This document shows, one piece after another, positions 37,601-49,212 of a stretch of 64,000 bases of DNA. The notes below the pieces were generated by a model. The model saw nothing but the letters and a program-made list of their open reading frames with translations. It had not been told where the DNA came from and ran no database searches. This stretch comes from Phoronis australis. Lineage: Eukaryota > Animalia > Phoronida. The stretch spans positions 1-64,000 of the forward strand of contig NMRA01000630.1 in NCBI GenBank assembly GCA_002633005.1, in the 5' to 3' direction. Made by a program: the position numbers and the translations under genes. Position 1 is the stretch's first letter. The number at the start of each line of letters is the position of its first letter.

Positions 37601-40600
37601 ACTAAAAATGACTTTCCCATCCAGTTCTCTGAAACAAAACAAAGCTCTGTAACTCTCAACAACCCTCAAAAGTCAAAACTTAAGAGTAGTGGCTCAGTTT
37701 GAACTGCTACACTAAATGTGTCAGTGATGTTCTACGCGCTACATCAAGGTCCTGCTTCATATACTGTCTGGAAATAAGCGAAGCATAATTTTTGCACTCT
37801 GTGGGAAAATCAGCCTCTGAGTGACTGACCCATTAGCTCTGTCAATATCTAGTGATGGCAACTGTCATAATTAGACCTGTAGCCAAAGATAGCTTAAGCT
37901 AGCTACATAGTCCTGTCAAAAGTCCCGTTTAGACATTAACTTTTGACACGGCGCAACTGACACGGTGCAATATGATGTGTATCAAGTGGCTGTTTTTAAA
38001 CACACAACTCAGAAACGTTGGAAAGCCGGAAGTTGAAGCAGGAATGTGGAGTGCTCAGGTGTGCAAAGATGAAAATTGCCGGGAGATGCAATTTATTATT
38101 GTTGTTATTGTTGTGCTTCAAATTCCACCCCCGACACCAAGTTTTACTTTTGTCAGCTGATTAATACTTTCATCAGCAGGCCTCTTAGTCAGCTGATCTG
38201 TGTCAACTTTTGTTATGTAAGCAATTGAATTATGTAATAAAACTTGAGGTTTGAACTCTAATGCCACTCACCAATTAGCCATGGGTGAAGATGTTTGACT
38301 CAACTTGTCTTACATTAATTGTCCTTGTGTTGTGATTGGATACTTCAATTGGATGTTGAGTTAAAGGAGAATGACACCCAAAAAACAACCTTTTTTATCA
38401 ATTTAGATCAAGTAGTTCTACTCGATAACGGCAAGTGCGGTTGCGTTACCTGACACCTGACGACAGACAGAGGTGTTGAAATTATCCAATGATGTAATAA
38501 CGTAATTGGTTTCCCACGCAGTCTGTTCAACAGGCAACACGGGTTAGTGGTGTCAGCTTATCGCTTGAATTCATTGTTTAACACCAATAAATCATCAAAC
38601 TTCGATGTAAAACCCTTAAAAATACACCGAGTTCTTATAAAAAATTGTTGTTTTATTTCCCTGTTACGGATTTACTGGTATTTGGACACACCGTAGCGTA
38701 CAGAGTTCGGCAGGCCAATTTATCAAGGTCCGTAGCAGGAGTTCGGGGTCTGTTCGAAGATAAATTCGAAGTATTCTTCCATGAAATACAGACAGGATAA
38801 CCTAGATCTGTGTTGTTTATACTTGTGATTTTTTGAGTTCTAAACTCACAAAACGCTTGTTATCCGGGCCAGTGGCTCGGAACCCGATCAGGCCCGTTGC
38901 GGCCGGACTGACTCGTTATCCAGACCATTGGCTCAGAACCCGATCAGGCCCGTCGCGGCCGCCAGGACTGGCACGAACATAAACCGGCTTGAGCTGGAAA
39001 CTAAACCTCCAGTCACAAAAAGACTATAGTAGGGAGCCAAAGAAATAATGTGCACGTAATTATTTATCTGAATTAGCCCGTGACGAAACTGAAAATCTAC
39101 TTACTTGTCGGGGGCCGCGAAGTCGGGTTCTCCTTCCACAGACCGTCAGGGCAAATGCTGTACAGTAAGAATGATTTGAATAATGCATTTGTATTTCTAA
39201 ATAAAGATTCCCCTAACGTGACAATAGCATATAAAATCGAGTAATTGTTTCACAACAGCTTTCTGTCAGCAAACACTGAATTAGCATGCGATCACACAGC
39301 CTCGGTGTCCGGTCAATTAGGCCTACCTTTGTTGCCAGCATCAAAAGCTGGTAACGCACTGGTTTATTCATTGCTGGCTTCTTAAAACATTTGCGCTCAT
39401 GAGCACTCCAAGGCATTACACGTTGTATCTAATGAGACAGACTTTGTTTCAGTTCCATATAAGCAATTGGTTAGAATGAGAATAATTCATTTTGAAACAG
39501 AACAGCTACATTACAACTGGCTGGCGACTTGGTCGAGAGCTCATCCGAGGAAGACTTCACAGATGGACCGTTAGGTTTCTCAGGCTATCAGTTCGAACCG
39601 GAATACACTGGACAAGCAATACTAGATAGGCGCCCTGAACATGCACAGACAACGGAACATATGGGTAGTTCTTTGGTAAGCCGGAATTCCTCCGAGAAAT
39701 CACTGTACACGAAATGCTGACCACAGACACATAGATGTTTGACATCCTCATACTTGCTATTAGCAGCATACCTTTCATTCTTCACTACTGCGAGTCACTT
39801 CCTAAGCATTTCGGGCTCTCAAGGAAGTCAAAAAAATGATAAAAACACTTTCTTCGCAGCTTCATAGTTCGGAAAAGCGGGAACCGATGCACCGCAATAT
39901 AGCGGCATTCACTCTGCAGACGAAGCACTGACGTCACTGCGTCACTTCTCACCTTCTTCACAGGTTAATGCGACACCTCACGGCAAGGTGAGGTCGACCG
40001 TGTAAGAGGCGATGTGGATATAGACCGATTAAGATGGTAAAAAGACTAAATAAATCGGGTGGCATTCTCCTTTAATTGCTTTTGAATCCCTCTACTGGGC
40101 TTGATAGGGAATGTGGTGGTACTTGGAACCCCCTGGCACCCCCTGTGGGTGTATCAGTAGCTGGGCTTGTCAGTGACCTCTAGCACTGCACCTTACAAGG
40201 TCATCGTCTCATTCACATAGATCAGTGTTCTCAACAGGAGTCAAGAACTTGAGAGCAATGTTAACAACACAATGATGTTAATGGCAGTATTCAGAATAAT
40301 TCTAAAATTTGAATGTGGTCAGGTCAAATTTGAGTGTGGGGGTTGAATTTGCGAGCATGTTCAAAGCATCATGTTCTAAGAGAATGATAAAACGTGTCAC
40401 ACTTCCAGTGAGGGTTCGTCAATTTTGGACCAGGCTTGCTAAAACAAGCTTTTTCTCAACATATTTCGCTTACGGTACTACGTGAATTGCTGCAATTAGT
40501 TCATCAGTTTGGGTCAAACACAATGACATTTCTTGACTTTGAAACCAGAAGTAAACTTCATTCATTTTGTTTTAAATTTTTGAAAATCTTCCTATATCTT

Positions 40601-43600
40601 AGTTTTGCTTCAAGTTTAAGAAATTAGAAAAAAATATGATTGTGAGATTTTAAGTTCTTCCCGTGCTTGATAGCCCTGATGACTGTCTTAGATTGTCACG
40701 CTTGAGTGAGTTCATCATGACCTCATCATAACCTCATATCTGGCACAGAGCCAGTAAATCCGCCGTCGCTGATCGTTTACCAACATCAATTACAGATCAG
40801 CTGATGTTTTGTTATTGCGTGAAGTGCACTATATTCCAAAACTGGTGAAGATTAAGTGACTTTTCTCTCGAGGTTCAAACTTAGTTTAAATTGGTTCTAG
40901 CTGGTTTATCCTTAAGTTTCTTCATGACAAAAAGTATTATTCCTCAGCTGTCATACATGGGCGGCGCATCATAGGGGGCAGGGAAAGCTATAGCCCCCTA
41001 CCTATTTCAATGCTGCGCAGCCCATGGGCTATGGGCGGCAGGCCTTAATGCAGCGTATGTCCTGGGCGTCCAAATGGACACCCTAGCACTAATCTTGAGG
41101 CCCTGGCAAGGACGCCCAGTGTATCATTTGGACGCCCACTGTCAATAGGAACCTTTCAAGTTTGGACTCACACATTGTATTGAATACTAGGAAGCCTCTG
41201 GAGGCTCACAGTGGGGGGCTCTTTTTTCAAAGCAGGAAGAAATATACAATGTATATACAAAGTATATACAATGTTGCTATGCTCACACTTGGTTGATAGC
41301 ATTGTAAAAGTCTTGGTCTACAGTTTTATTTTAGGAAAAATGCTCACTACAGAAGGCTGTTTTGTAAAGTTAAATGTAAAAACCTTGGTCTATGCATTTT
41401 TTGTAAAAAANTGTAAAAGTCTTGGTCTACAGTTTTTTTTGTAAAAATGCTCACTACAGAAGGCTGTTTTGTAAAAACCTTGGTGTACGCATTTTTTGTA
41501 AAAAAATTTATGTGTCGGAGGGGATTGCTGGGGGTGGGGGGTTACGCGTCAGAATCATGGACGCCCTGGAATATTGGGAACCCCATTTTGGACACCCTAT
41601 TTTCGAAATCCTGGATAAAGGCCTGATGGGCGGTGCAACATGGGGGGGGGGGCTGGAGGGCTATACCCCCACTTTTTCAGTGTTGCGCCGCCCATGTCAT
41701 TAAAAAATGGAAAATGGCAATTTTGGTTATGTTTGTGAATTAGAAGAAATTTGTTTACCAAAAATTCTGTATGTTGGCTTCTCTCTGTTCATATACAACT
41801 GTATAGTGCTTTGTCATGTCACTCATGTGTAACTTGCCTATTCAGAATTGTCAAAACTGCTCCCCTGTCTATCTGTTATTGAAAGAACTTAAAAGTTTTC
41901 TTTGCTTACCATAGTCTCATCAGGATTAATGCGTGTGTGCTGACAGAGACAAAACACCAGCAATGGCAACAGTAAAGGAAAATAGCCATATTCTCTGAAA
42001 TTTATGTTTAGCTTGATAAAACAACAGTTTGACTATGTTGGGTGGTGACTGACTTCTCAGGATTTCAGCAATGTATTGACAATTTAAAGCGATCCTCAAA
42101 ATTTGAGCCTGTGGGGTTGAAGTGTTCATTAAAAGTCTACATCTTTATGTACAAAAGAGGAATAACATAATGTAATCTCCTTACAAGTGCGGACAATGAT
42201 GAGTAAATATGTGTTGTATTGCGTAAATTAAAAAAGCACTATTACAAAAATGATTATCAATAATGACAGTTTTTAATTTTTGAAAGCCCAATACCTGGCC
42301 ACAAATGTTCTAAATTTTACCAGTTGTTGTTTTTGACTGTTCCGCTGTATAAACCTTGATGGTGATTGAAGCAGAATGTGGTCAAATGTCGTTTGGACTA
42401 CAGCACTAAAAGACTTTCAAGAATAAATGTGTGCGAGTACAGCACAGCTCTTTATCATCAGTTATAGGTTACCAACTATAGACTTTGACCAATGTCCAAT
42501 GTCCCTTTCATACACAATTGTTACAAGCCATGTAGATATTCAAATTATGAGGGGGGCATCCATTATTGTTGTCATGGTAATATCTGGCCCTGTCCTCCAC
42601 TACCTGTTTTGACTGGTCACTGCATAGAGTTTGAATTTTTGTCTTCAAGATAAATTTGGCTTACTTGCCTCTAGCTTGAACACTACTTTTAGCTATTGGG
42701 AGATTAGAACATTTTGAATTTTTGGTATCACTTCAATGCATTTATTCTAAGACTTATGCATGGACTTCCCTCGCTGTATGGACATGAATTTTGTGATTCT
42801 GTCACACTTGAATTCTCTGTATTGGAGAACACTCTGCGGTTGGTACATTAATATGACCTTGACCTTGAGTTTGGGTTGAACTCTAGTCGTTGTCACGTGA
42901 AACTGAGAGGTGGATTAGTTCTGCTGTTTACGTATCTTGGGTCTTGGGTGGCTATTGTACTTGAGACTGCACCAAAAATATGATTATTTAAAGCAATATG
43001 ATAAGTTTTTGGAAAATACAAAAATCTTATTATGTCCCAAAGTAAAGCAATTCTTCACAAACTTTTAAATTTCTTGCTGGCACTTTTCAAGCAGTCTGGA
43101 ATATAGTGAGCTGATACTTGATGTGAACATGATCAATGTTGTCACAAGACATGACAGTTATAAACAAGTTTCACTAACAAATCTCCACACCAGCTGAGTA
43201 GCATGTGGCTTCTTACTGTATCATGGGATGCTATTCAGTTGTGACTGAAAGCCATATTGCTTAGATTCAACATTTGCATTGAAACTGGCTTGCGACAGAT
43301 CTGCCTTAGTGGCCAGGCGGGATCAAGCTTAGGTTTCTTGAGAGTGATTTTCTCTGGTTTGAATTGTAAAATACAGTTGTAAAATATGTATATTTCGTGA
43401 AATACAGCCATGAGGAGTTGTGCATTTTTAGTATTACTTTCATAAAGTTTATTTAGAAGTCAAGTCTTACATTCGCAGTTGGTAATTTCACGCGTTTTAC
43501 TCAGGAAGAATGGAAGTGCAGAGTTTTCATACTTAAATCTTGGAATTCTGAATTCGTAGATTCTTACCCATAATGCACTACCTCATGCGGCTATGTAGTC

Positions 43601-45862
43601 AGATTGTAGAAGTTAAAATCTTGACTCAAAACTGAGGTATAACTTGGGATCATGAGGGCAGTTGTTGTACTTTGTTCTGACAGTGTGGTTCTGACAACGT
43701 GGTTCGTTCAGCGTGGTTCTGACTGCGTGGTTGCATTCTGTGAAAGGTTATTTTTCGCCAGACCTATCTAACGAACACAATACATTCGATGAATAAATTT
43801 TATTTTGCAACAAAAAATGCATTAAAAATGAAACAGGAGGGCATTCTCTCTCTCCCAAACTTTTGTTTATAGTTTTTTCAATCTAATCTTAAAAGACCTC
43901 AAACTCTGCATTATGAACCCTCACAATTCCATCTAAAGCTGAACTGCTGTTAACAGTAAGCCTCTTGAAATGTAAAACCGGTCCCACTGGCTTGATGGTA
44001 TTAGATTTTAAAATTTGATCTGCTGGGTCAGTTTGGATTGTTGCTCGGGTAAGCAGTTTTGACAAATATAACCTTGCCTGGGAGGATGTGATGCCTTTGT
44101 TATTTATTCAGTGAATAACTGTTATGTAGCTACTTCCTCTGACTGCTTCCTAATTTTCAGCTGTGAGTGGTCTAAGACTTGCCCAAACTAAGATACATGA
44201 CATTGTTTCACTGCAGACTGGTGGTGAGCCTGATGGTCTTATGCTCATTTTGGAATCCTAGAAAAACTGTCAATCACTTGGTCTAAAGTGGAGTTAATCA
44301 GGCCTCTGACTGAAAAAGATTTTATAGTGTATAGTGAACCAATCACCAAGGCCTCAGATAACCAAAGTGTACAGGAGACTTTCGCTCCAAAAATGACCAG
44401 TGGCATATTGGATGGAAATAGCAGTTCTCTCAAAAGACCATTGTTTCAAAGTTTATTGGTCGCAGGGCCAGGGATGAATTTTGTAGCTGTAAGACATTAT
44501 CTTGCACTTGCGGAGAACAAAAGTCTTCGCCTATGGAAGGAAATGGCATATTCAATCCCACAATTCAACACTCCACCCTCGCCGACCAATTACTTCATTA
44601 GCTGTCATTTTGTTATGCGCCCACGTCTGTTTTTTGACATCCACCCCTCTGTGTTCTTACTATGAAAAGTTTGGCTGACGTTGATTTCCGACGACTTGGA
44701 TTACTGTGGCGCCTCTTAGTAGCATTTTTTTTGCGCCCATGGCTGTATCTCCTGAACCGTTTGCAAAATCATTATTAAGTTTAGCAAGTGTATTTGTATG
44801 ATGTTGACAACGAACGACGACTATAGCAGGGATGGGACTACTGGTGCTCCCCCTTGTCGCAATTTTAGTTTTTTACGTTTACCTCTGTATCTTTAAAGGT
44901 CCTCAACAAATTTTCGTGAAATTTGGCGTCTATTAGTGAGATGACGCTATTCTTCCGTTTTCGGATGGATTTGAGGTATTTTACACCACCTAGTGGCCAT
45001 TTTTACTGTTTTTGAGTCTGCTTTTTGGCATCCACCCCTCTATCAACCAAACCCCTCTAAGGATGATTGTGAAAATTGACATGTATGTTCTTACTATGAA
45101 GAGGATGGCTGACGATGATTTTCTGATGCCTTCGACTACTGTGGTGCATCCTAGTGGCAGTTTTGTTTTTTGCGCCCATGGCTTTATCTCCTAAACCGTT
45201 TGCAGGATCTTTACTAAATTTAGCAAGTGCATTTATATGATGTTGACAACGGACGATGACGATGACTTTCGCAGATTTTTTCACCAGTGTGCTCCCTAGT
45301 GGCAATTTTATTTTTTTAAGTTGTATTTATAGGAAGCTAACAATAGATGACAACTTTCAGGCGAACGCTGTGCCCCATAGTGGCAGTTTCATTTTTTCAG
45401 TTTTCTTTTGTTTCTCTGAAGTTCTTTGTAAATAGCTTTCTTTTGAAGAAGCGATGGCATGTTCCATTTGCAGGTGGATTGAACGTTTTGCACCATCTAG
45501 TGGTCATTTTTATAACTGTATGATACAGATAAGCAACTCTATAAACACACATTTTGCGGTGCATTCGTGGGTGCATTTCAATGCTCTGCGTTGCTCTTGT
45601 TAGGTTAAGCTACTAAGCTCCGAGCGTACTCGGTTTTGTGAGATACCTTGCTAGAAACTAGGTCAATGAAGCTCTTTTCAGGTCTTGAATTGTTTGCACG
45701 TTACCTGTAGCAGCTTGTTTAAGCTGTACTCAAGCTTTATTCATCCATTGTTTCAGGCACAGATGAAGTTTCCTCCTGATTACCCATACAACCCCCCTAC
45801 AGTGCGATTTTTGACAAAAATGTGGCACCCAAATATATATGAAGTAAGTGGCCATAGCGAAA

Positions 45863-45922
<60 letters not shown>

Positions 45923-47970
45923 GCGTGTATGTGTGTGCTCATACGTGCATGACCATAGTTGTATACCTCTATATTTGTGACTCCAAAATGAGATTTCTGT
46001 CTAAGGGAACGGACCACTTGATACTTTGGACTTCAAAGGCATGTGGTACTCTTATAGAAAAATGTCCAAATTTGGCTAACTTCGGAACATCAAATCTGAA
46101 TGGATGTTTCGATTCACATGAAACTATCCGCTCGAGGCACTGTTGCTTAAAACTAACTCGGGATAGATTTTAAAATGTTATGCTTTTGCATGAGGGATAT
46201 CAGGATTTTTATAAGTAAAATAAAAGTTGTTAAAACTTAGTTTTGTAGATATTTGAAAACAGACTTTCCACGTGGTTTTAAATAACCTTACGTTTTGCTG
46301 ATTCAACCTATGGCTTGATCTATGTGGCGCTGCTGGCTGACACTTGGTAAGACTGATAACATGTCTATGTGGCGCTGCTGGCTGACATTTGGTAAGACTG
46401 ATGACATGTCATTACCACGCTGATCCTTCTTAAAGCTAAACTGTACGAAGCCAATAACGAGCAAAGATTGTTTTCTCCACATTACTAGTCTTCTTTCTAA
46501 ACCCTTTCAGAATGGCGATGTCTGTATATCCATTTTACACCCCCCAGTCGATGACCCGCAAAGCGGAGAGTTGGCGTCAGAACGGTGGAATCCCACGCAG
46601 AGTGTCAGGTAATGGGTATATTTCCCCTTCACCAGGGGGCAGTGTTGGTAGTCAGGCAGACACTTGTCAGCCATTGTTGTAATCATCAAACATGGAGGTA
46701 TAGTGTGTAGTACTAGCCATCACCAAAAGGAGGTGTGGATATTTACAGGCCGTTATAATTTCAAATACATCCTCAACCGAGCACTGCACTTCAGAGGTCT
46801 AATGGATCTAAAATGCTCTAATTAGACATCACCTGTAATAACTTGCAGTTTTTTTGCATTGTTTTACATCCTGGCTATGGTTACTTGAGAGTCAGTGTCA
46901 ATGAGAAGTAATTGACGTTCCTTATGTGTTCCTAATGATTCGTCCTTCACACATTCCAGAACGATATTGTTAAGCATCATTTCATTGTTGAATGAGCCTA
47001 ACACCTACTCACCAGCCAATGTCGATGCCTCAGTCATGTTCAGAAAATGGAGGGACTCGAAGGGAAAGGACGCGGAGTACGAAAATATTATCAGGTACCC
47101 TTGTTGCTCTTCTCCAGGCTCAGAATTTTTGAAACTCGAAGCAAAGCTATGTTGAAGGCATTTAACTCTGCTGGATTTCTGTGCTTGATTCTAAACCTAC
47201 AAGAGAAATTGGCTTTTCACCTTTGACCTTTGTCCTAATTGTGAACCACGGGGGACCATCCTGTATGCAGTGTAAGGGTACTATGCATGAATTGAGCTTT
47301 GACACATGTTGGCAAGTGACCTCTTGTGTGTCGCCAAACACAATTGTGCTACATGGTTGTGTGATGGTGTTCACGCAAGTCTTTCACTTGGGACCTTTGT
47401 ATTTGGTGAACGTTCTTGGAAGTTAGTAAAGGTGTCCATTCCGGGTTAACTGTTCAGAATCTATACGGGGTAATAAAATAATTATGCTCTCGGCCAGGAC
47501 TATAAACCCTTTGTTAAGCTGTGTTTAGTTACTCTGTCCAAGTAGAACAGTTGTATGTGTAAGTGCAGGGTTCATGAAGAACTGATAACACTGACCTTGC
47601 GTGTCAATTTCTAAGCACCTAAATGTATGTCAACGACACCTAAATGTATGTGAACGACACCCATGGTTACTACCTCTAAGAGTTTATGCGTACAAGTTTG
47701 CTCCTCCTAGCCCAAAATGTGCTCAATAGATCTGGTTTCTAATGCTTTTGCAGAAAGCAAGCTTTGGGAACACGCGCAGAAGCGGAGAAGGAAGGTGTCA
47801 GTGTACCTATGACTCTAGCAGAATACTGCATTCAGACTAAACCAAAACCGTCCGAAAGCTCCGTCGATATGGGGGACTTTTACGACGACGATTTTATGGA
47901 AGAAGATGACGATGATGATGTGTACGATTACGAAGATGACGAGGATGACTCAGGCAACGGCGAGTCATGA
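28603..47970 (+). CDS. UBE2R2: Ubiquitin-conjugating enzyme E2 R (CDC34/UBE2R2 orthologue), complete, 236 aa
   Basis: Exons 28603-28776, 45757-45843, 46511-46608, 46960-47094, 47754-47970 total 711 nt, all GT-AG and in phase. UBC fold with WHPNIY, catalytic Cys in [11 protein letters not shown], the Cdc34-specific acidic loop ([18 protein letters not shown]) and an acidic tail ending DDSGNGES. Confidence 0.96.
30649..31186. mobile_element. Probable MITE with GG(G/A)ACAC termini
   Basis: TTAGGGACACT ... GGTGTTCCTAA inverted ends around an AT-rich interior. Confidence 0.45.
32625..32770. repeat. Tandem repeat of about 52-55 bp, about 2.7 copies
   Basis: Unit CCCAAAGTAGTCCTTAGGTAGTGCTTCACGTCAATAGTCAAGTATTCGTGTG. 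Confidence 0.9.
33650..34715. mobile_element. Degenerate Tc1/pogo-like MITE
   Basis: Right end GAGTTTACGGTA. Subterminal motif GATTACCC..CAGTGGGTGCT repeated at about 33703 and 34621. Left TIR not clearly seen. Confidence 0.4.
38365..40071. mobile_element. Kolobok-like non-autonomous DNA transposon in UBE2R2 intron 1
   Basis: TTAA on both flanks. TIRs AGGAGAATG(A/C)CACCC (14/15) beginning with RR. Internal THAP remnant and a tandem duplication of about 57 bp at about 38858-38962. Confidence 0.85.
39588..39908 (-). pseudogene. Decayed THAP zinc-finger ORF of the Kolobok-like element
   Basis: One frame reads MPLYCGAS...SFF*LP*EPEMLRK*LAVVK...[13 protein letters not shown]. Three in-frame TGA stops fall where THAP has R, R/K and W. 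Confidence 0.75.
40956..41696. mobile_element. Nested MITE cluster (CATGGGCGGCGCA-type units around a CAGGCCTT-type element)
   Basis: Outer ends CATGGGCGGCGCA / TGCGCCGCCCATG with TCATA/TCATT flanks. Inner element 41039-41625, CAGGCCTTAATGCAG ... CTGGATAAAGGCCTG. Confidence 0.7.
44608..45601 (+). mobile_element. Helentron/DINE-1-like non-autonomous element
   Basis: Subterminal inverted repeats ATGCGCCCACG (44615-44625) / CGTGGGTGCAT (45566-45576), 3' stem-loop CAATGC-TCT-GCGTTG followed by CTCTTGTT, T-rich termini, internal duplication (about 44630-44825 vs about 45020-45260). Confidence 0.65.
45867..45937. repeat. (GT)n microsatellite 23 nt downstream of the UBE2R2 exon 2 donor
   Basis: About 25 perfect GT units, then degenerate. 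Confidence 0.95.
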
Positions 47971-49096
47971 TCGCAGCGGTCACCGTGGTGACCATCTCCA
48001 TAGGAATGACTTGTTACCATAGAAATGCACGGTGGGAAATGTCAGAGAATAGAGACTGGTCAAGGTCATATCTGGACAAGGCACGTCAACGGACCAGTGG
48101 GCTGGCTTTTGCGTAAAGCAGAATAAAAATCGTAAAACGGCAAACGATGAATAAAAACAGTAAAAAGACAAACATTTTGATGTGGTCTAAACTTGTTGAA
48201 ATAGAGACAAATATTGGTTGTTTTACTCGTTGTTTTAATTAAGCAGGCTGCAAGCTCTGCATTCCTATCATAAGCAATAGTTCTAGTTGTACGAATGTCT
48301 CTACTATTGGTACATTTGTACAGACTGGTACAATCTCCTTGAAGTAATCATTTACCCGTGACAACCTAAAAAGTTGGTCATATGGCCAAAACTAAGACCA
48401 TGAATTTTGGAGTGATGACGTAACGAGGCAAATGTTGTATAATTACATTTTCTTGCATAATAATGGCAATTGAGGGACATGCTTAAACAAAACATGTAAG
48501 TAGAATTTGAAATTGACAAAAATCGCCTCTTGGGCATGGAACTCGTCGGGCTCCTTTGAGTGACTCCTGGTGACTGGAAGATGGTCAATTGTCTGCTGGT
48601 ACTCAGCTGGACCTCCTAATGTTGGCCAATAAGTCAAAGGGTCTGCTTCATAATTCCATTACTTTTCGCTTTGTTAAAATGTTATTTTAGGGTTGTCATG
48701 GTGATGTTAGAACTAAAGCTTACTTCTGAACGCAAGGACAAGATTTGAACTACCTCTGGGTCCAATGCCTTAACTGACTCGAAAATTAACCAATCACACT
48801 GCATGACATGTTCACTTGTAGCGTACCATACTATTGGTCAATATTCTAAGACAGTGGCTAGACCTCACCCACAACAGATCTCCAACTTAATTTTTTGTGT
48901 AGTTTCATAATGATGATGATGAAACCACACATTTGTTGCGTTTGTTACATTTTTGAATTTCTTCTCATTATATTGGGGTTACTTTAGCCACTCTGTATGT
49001 TTGAGTTCGTAAATCAGCAGTTGAGCCCGTGACCACTACACTTACTGACAACCCAACTCCAAAATTGACCAGTCTAGTAAACATTCTTTTTCATGC

Positions 49097-49212
49097 GATG
49101 TGATTGGTCAGTTTTTGAATCCACACAATGTGATTGGTCAGTATTTGAGTCCACAAAATGTGATTGGTCAGTATTTGAGTCCACACAATGCCATTGGTCA
49201 GTGTTTGAGTCA
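49097..49212. repeat. 30-bp tandem repeat, about 4 copies
   Basis: Unit ATGTGATTGGTCAGTATTTGAGTCCACACA (each unit has a CCAAT on the minus strand). Confidence 0.9.

Noticed and set aside
39790-39835. Selenocysteine or alternative-code reading of the in-frame TGAs
   Set aside because: The stops fall at expected Arg/Trp positions of a TE pseudogene, and no SECIS was seen.
47968-47991. Stop-codon readthrough of UBE2R2 (TGA followed by a short in-frame extension)
   Set aside because: Context TGA-TCG is not the TGA-CTAG readthrough motif, and the protein already ends at the conserved C-terminus.
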